A stretch of 64,000 bases of DNA from Vulcanimicrobiota bacterium. Its GTDB lineage: Bacteria; Vulcanimicrobiota; Vulcanimicrobiia; Vulcanimicrobiales; Vulcanimicrobiaceae. Position numbers and translations under genes: made by a program. Location: the NCBI GenBank assembly GCA_963733295.1, contig CAVTCS010000003.1, positions 2,144,001-2,208,000 on the forward strand, written 5' to 3'. The notes under the pieces were generated by a model. It searched no databases and was not told the origin of the DNA. It saw nothing but the letters and a program-made list of their open reading frames with translations. Shown one piece after another: positions 59,457-64,000 of this stretch; the first letter of the stretch is position 1; each line of letters begins with the position of its first letter.

Positions 59457-60695
59457 ATGCAAAACCTTCGCCTCATACCGACCCTCATGATTGGACTCGT
59501 CGGAGCGATCGTCGGCAGCTTCGCGATGATGCTCTATGCGAGCACGCATTTCGCCGGCGTCGCCGGCCCCGGCAACACGCCGCCCGCACTCAGCGCCGCG
59601 CCGCTCGTATCGGGTACGGACGACCAGGACCGGATCGTCAGCGCCGTCAAGCGCGTTTCGCCTTCGGTCGTCGCGATCAACGTCAACGTGAACGGTCAGC
59701 AGTACATTCCGGTCGATCCGTTCCAACAGTTTTTCGGCGGCATGCCGGGCCAGAGCGGCCAAGTGCGCCGCTATCACGCGCGCGCTAGCGGCTCGGGCTT
59801 CGTCTTCTCCAAGGACGGCTTGATCGTGACCAACGCTCACGTCGTGCGCCCGCCCAGCGGCGGGAACGTGAGCAAGATCGAAGTCGTCTTCCCGAACGGC
59901 GACCGTCTGCCGGCACACCTCTTCGCCATGAACATCGGCGTCGATCTGGCGCTGCTCAAAGTCGACAACTACTCGAAGCTTCCGCCGCCGGTCGAAATTG
60001 CGGACTCGAGCAAGCTGCAAGCCGGTCAGTGGGCGATCGCGATCGGGCAGCCCTTCGAACTCAAGCAGTCGGTGACCGTCGGAGTCGTTTCCGGCTTCAA
60101 CCGCGACGAGCCGATCGAGAACGAGAACGGTTCGGTTCAGGAGTTCAAGGGTCTGATGCAGACCTCGGCGCCCATCAATCCTGGGAACTCGGGCGGACCG
60201 CTGATCGACGTCGAGGGGCGCCTGATCGGCGTCAACCAGTCGACCGCGAACCCGCAGGCCGGCGCGCAGGGCATCGGCTTCGCGATTCCGGCGAACGAGG
60301 TCCGCGAGCAACTGGCGATTCTCGAGAAAAACCCCGGCACGCACCAGGGCACCAACATGGGTTACATCGGGGCCGCGCTCGAGACCGTGACGCCTGACGT
60401 CGGCGTCCAGCTCCAGTATCAGGGCAAAGGCGTGGCGGTCCGCCAGGTCATCCAGGGCGGTCCGGCCGACGCGGCGGGGATCCAGCCCGGCGACGTGATC
60501 CAAAAGGTCAACGGGAAGGACGTCGCGACCAACGACGACGTTGTCTCGACGATCAAGGGCACGAAGCCCGGCCAGACGGTCAACTTCCAGATCTGGAGCG
60601 CCGGCGTCAAGAAGCTCGTCTCGGTCAAGGTGACGGAGCGCCCGGCCGACGCCGCCGTGGCCGTACCCCAGGAGCAGGAGCCGCAGCAGCCCTAA
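59457..60695 (+). CDS. htrA: HtrA/DegP-family serine protease with one PDZ domain
   Basis: GSGF, TNAHV, DLALLK, INPGNSGGPL. Confidence 0.93.
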   Translation: MQNLRLIPTLMIGLVGAIVGSFAMMLYASTHFAGVAGPGNTPPALSAAPLVSGTDDQDRIVSAVKRVSPSVVAINVNVNGQQYIPVDPFQQFFGGMPGQSGQVRRYHARASGSGFVFSKDGLIVTNAHVVRPPSGGNVSKIEVVFPNGDRLPAHLFAMNIGVDLALLKVDNYSKLPPPVEIADSSKLQAGQWAIAIGQPFELKQSVTVGVVSGFNRDEPIENENGSVQEFKGLMQTSAPINPGNSGGPLIDVEGRLIGVNQSTANPQAGAQGIGFAIPANEVREQLAILEKNPGTHQGTNMGYIGAALETVTPDVGVQLQYQGKGVAVRQVIQGGPADAAGIQPGDVIQKVNGKDVATNDDVVSTIKGTKPGQTVNFQIWSAGVKKLVSVKVTERPADAAVAVPQEQEPQQP

Positions 60696-60717
60696 CCAGG
60701 GCTCCCGGCAAGCACGC

Positions 60718-60757
60718 AGCGCGCGGCGCCTTCGGGCACCGCGCGCTCACTTTTTTT
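60718..60757 (+). terminator. Rho-independent terminator after htrA
   Basis: AGCGCGCGGCGCC-TTCG-GGCACCGCGCGCT followed by CAC and T7. Confidence 0.8.
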
Positions 60758-60957
60758 GCTGGGAGAAGCCGAAACCCGGAAAGGTCAGGAAGGTATCTAA
60801 AGAAGAGCAATTGCCCCGCGCCGGGGCATAATGTTTTTGGCGCAATTCTCGATCGTGGATAAGCGGCAAGGCGAAGCACGGAAGCAATTCCGGGGTCGCG
60901 AGGGCGCCCGCCCCGCGTGCAGATGGTCCACCCGATCGTAAAACGGAGAGAGATTTC

Positions 60958-62823
<1,866 letters not shown>

Positions 62824-62836
62824 GGTGCAGCACGGA

Positions 62837-62875
62837 GCGCTCCCGCCGGCGTCGCTGCGACGTCCGGGGGAGCGC
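62837..62875 (+). other. GC-rich intercistronic stem-loop between dnaK and grpE
   Basis: GCGCTCCC.CCGG.CGTCGC-T-GCGACG.CCGG.GGGAGCGC, with no U tract. Confidence 0.6.
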
Positions 62876-62886
62876 GCCGTCGCCAC

Positions 62887-63429
62887 ATGAGGAAGAGAAT
62901 GGAAACCGACGCCAAAGAAGCGGCGGTCGTCGAAGCCTCCGGCGAGGATAACCTCGCCGCCGAACTCGCCGACGCCAGAGCGCTCGCCGAGGAGCGCTAC
63001 AAAGAACTCCAATACGCGCGAGCCGAGATCGAGAACGTGCGCAAGCGCGCCGACCGCATCGCTTCGGACCGGCTTTCGGCCGGACGCCGCGCTTTGCTCG
63101 GAAAGTTCTTGCCCGTACTCGACAACCTCCAGCGCGCGCTGAGCTTCGACGACTCGGCGGGGCTTCGCGGCGGCCTGCAAGCGACGCTCAAAGGCTTCGA
63201 GGCTCTGCTCGCGGGCGAAGGCGTGAAAGCGGTCGACGTCGTCGGCAAGCCATTCGATCCGCGCATCGCCGAGTCGATTCAAAGCCGCGCAACCGCGGAC
63301 GGCGACGACGACGTCGTTCTCGAGGAAGTGCAGCGCGGCTACGTGCTGGGCGAGGACTTGCTGCGGCCCGCGCAAGTCGTCGTCAGCCACCGCGCGCGCG
63401 ACGAAGACGAAGACGAAACGGACGCTTGA
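62887..63429 (+). CDS. grpE: Nucleotide exchange factor GrpE
   Basis: [34 protein letters not shown]. Confidence 0.96.
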   Translation: MRKRMETDAKEAAVVEASGEDNLAAELADARALAEERYKELQYARAEIENVRKRADRIASDRLSAGRRALLGKFLPVLDNLQRALSFDDSAGLRGGLQATLKGFEALLAGEGVKAVDVVGKPFDPRIAESIQSRATADGDDDVVLEEVQRGYVLGEDLLRPAQVVVSHRARDEDEDETDA

Positions 63430-64000
63430 AGTACAAGGATTATTACCAAGTCCTCGGCGTTCCCAAAGACGCGCCGGCCAAGGACATCAAGTCGGCGTAT
63501 CGCAAACTCGCGCGCAAGCTTCACCCCGACGCGAACCCGAACGATCCGAAGGCTGCGGAAGAAAAGTTCAAGGAACTGCAAGAGGCCTACGAGGTCCTCA
63601 GCGACGCCGAAAAGCGCCGCAAGTACGACGCGCTCGGCAGCAATTGGCAGCAGGCCGCCCAGCAAGCTGAGACGCAGCGGCGTTACCGCTCGGCCCAGCA
63701 AGAAGACATCTTCAGTTCGTTCGGCGGCGAGGATGCGCGCGGCGCCAGCGGCTTCTCCGATTTTTTCGACGCGTTCTTCTCGGGCATCGGCCAGCCGCAG
63801 CAGCGCCAAACCAGCTCGGCGCGCTTTGCGCGGCGCGGCGGCGACCTCGAGACGACGATCGAGCTCAGCTTACGCGACGCCTACCAGGGCGGCACCAAAC
63901 AAGTCAACTTGCAGATCGAGGATACGTGTCCGCGCTGCGGCGGCAGCGGCATCGTGGGCAACGCGATCTGTCCGGTCTGCCACGGCACCGGACGGCTCAT
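63426..64000 (+). CDS. dnaJ: DnaJ/CbpA-like co-chaperone (truncated by the window edge)
   Basis: TTG start, [20 protein letters not shown], two CxxCxGxG motifs. Confidence 0.93.
   Translation, partial: MKYKDYYQVLGVPKDAPAKDIKSAYRKLARKLHPDANPNDPKAAEEKFKELQEAYEVLSDAEKRRKYDALGSNWQQAAQQAETQRRYRSAQQEDIFSSFGGEDARGASGFSDFFDAFFSGIGQPQQRQTSSARFARRGGDLETTIELSLRDAYQGGTKQVNLQIEDTCPRCGGSGIVGNAICPVCHGTGRL

Noticed and set aside
13513..60503. Long antisense or alternate-frame ORFs over BKACE, secA, rimO, mqnE, M16, rnj, the adaptor and htrA
   Set aside because: Expected from GC3 bias; they overlap confidently identified genes.
60758..60957. CIRCE or HAIR operator upstream of dnaK
   Set aside because: Neither TTAGCACTC-N9-GAGTGCTAA nor CTTGAGT-N7-ACTCAAG is present.

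Overview
High-GC bacterial chromosome segment with two clear halves. The mix of Terrabacteria-like housekeeping genes, TolC and the futalosine pathway suggests a diderm lineage such as Eremiobacterota/Vulcanimicrobiota (inference). About 1-26210 is a decaying accessory island ending 8 bp downstream of secA. It carries catabolic genes (2 arylsulfatases, 2 BKACE paralogues, a Mo-hydroxylase, CMD, FMN reductase, DUF1254/1214), an IS256 inserted in a beta-propeller lipoprotein gene, and many frameshifts and gene remnants. It also has unusual non-coding architecture: a ~388-bp imperfect palindrome, nine copies of a 29-bp quasi-palindromic box, a Tn3-IR-like terminus, and an inverted duplication of a secreted-protein gene bracketing ~16 kb. 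About 26219-64000 is core genome: secA, LCP, rimO, yajQ, rodZ-like, mnmA, mqnEC, M16 peptidase, ftsK, rnj, a Yip1/TolC/MacAB-type exporter, htrA, dnaK-grpE-dnaJ. No rRNA, tRNA or CRISPR array was recognised. All identities and alignments were done by eye; no database searches were run.
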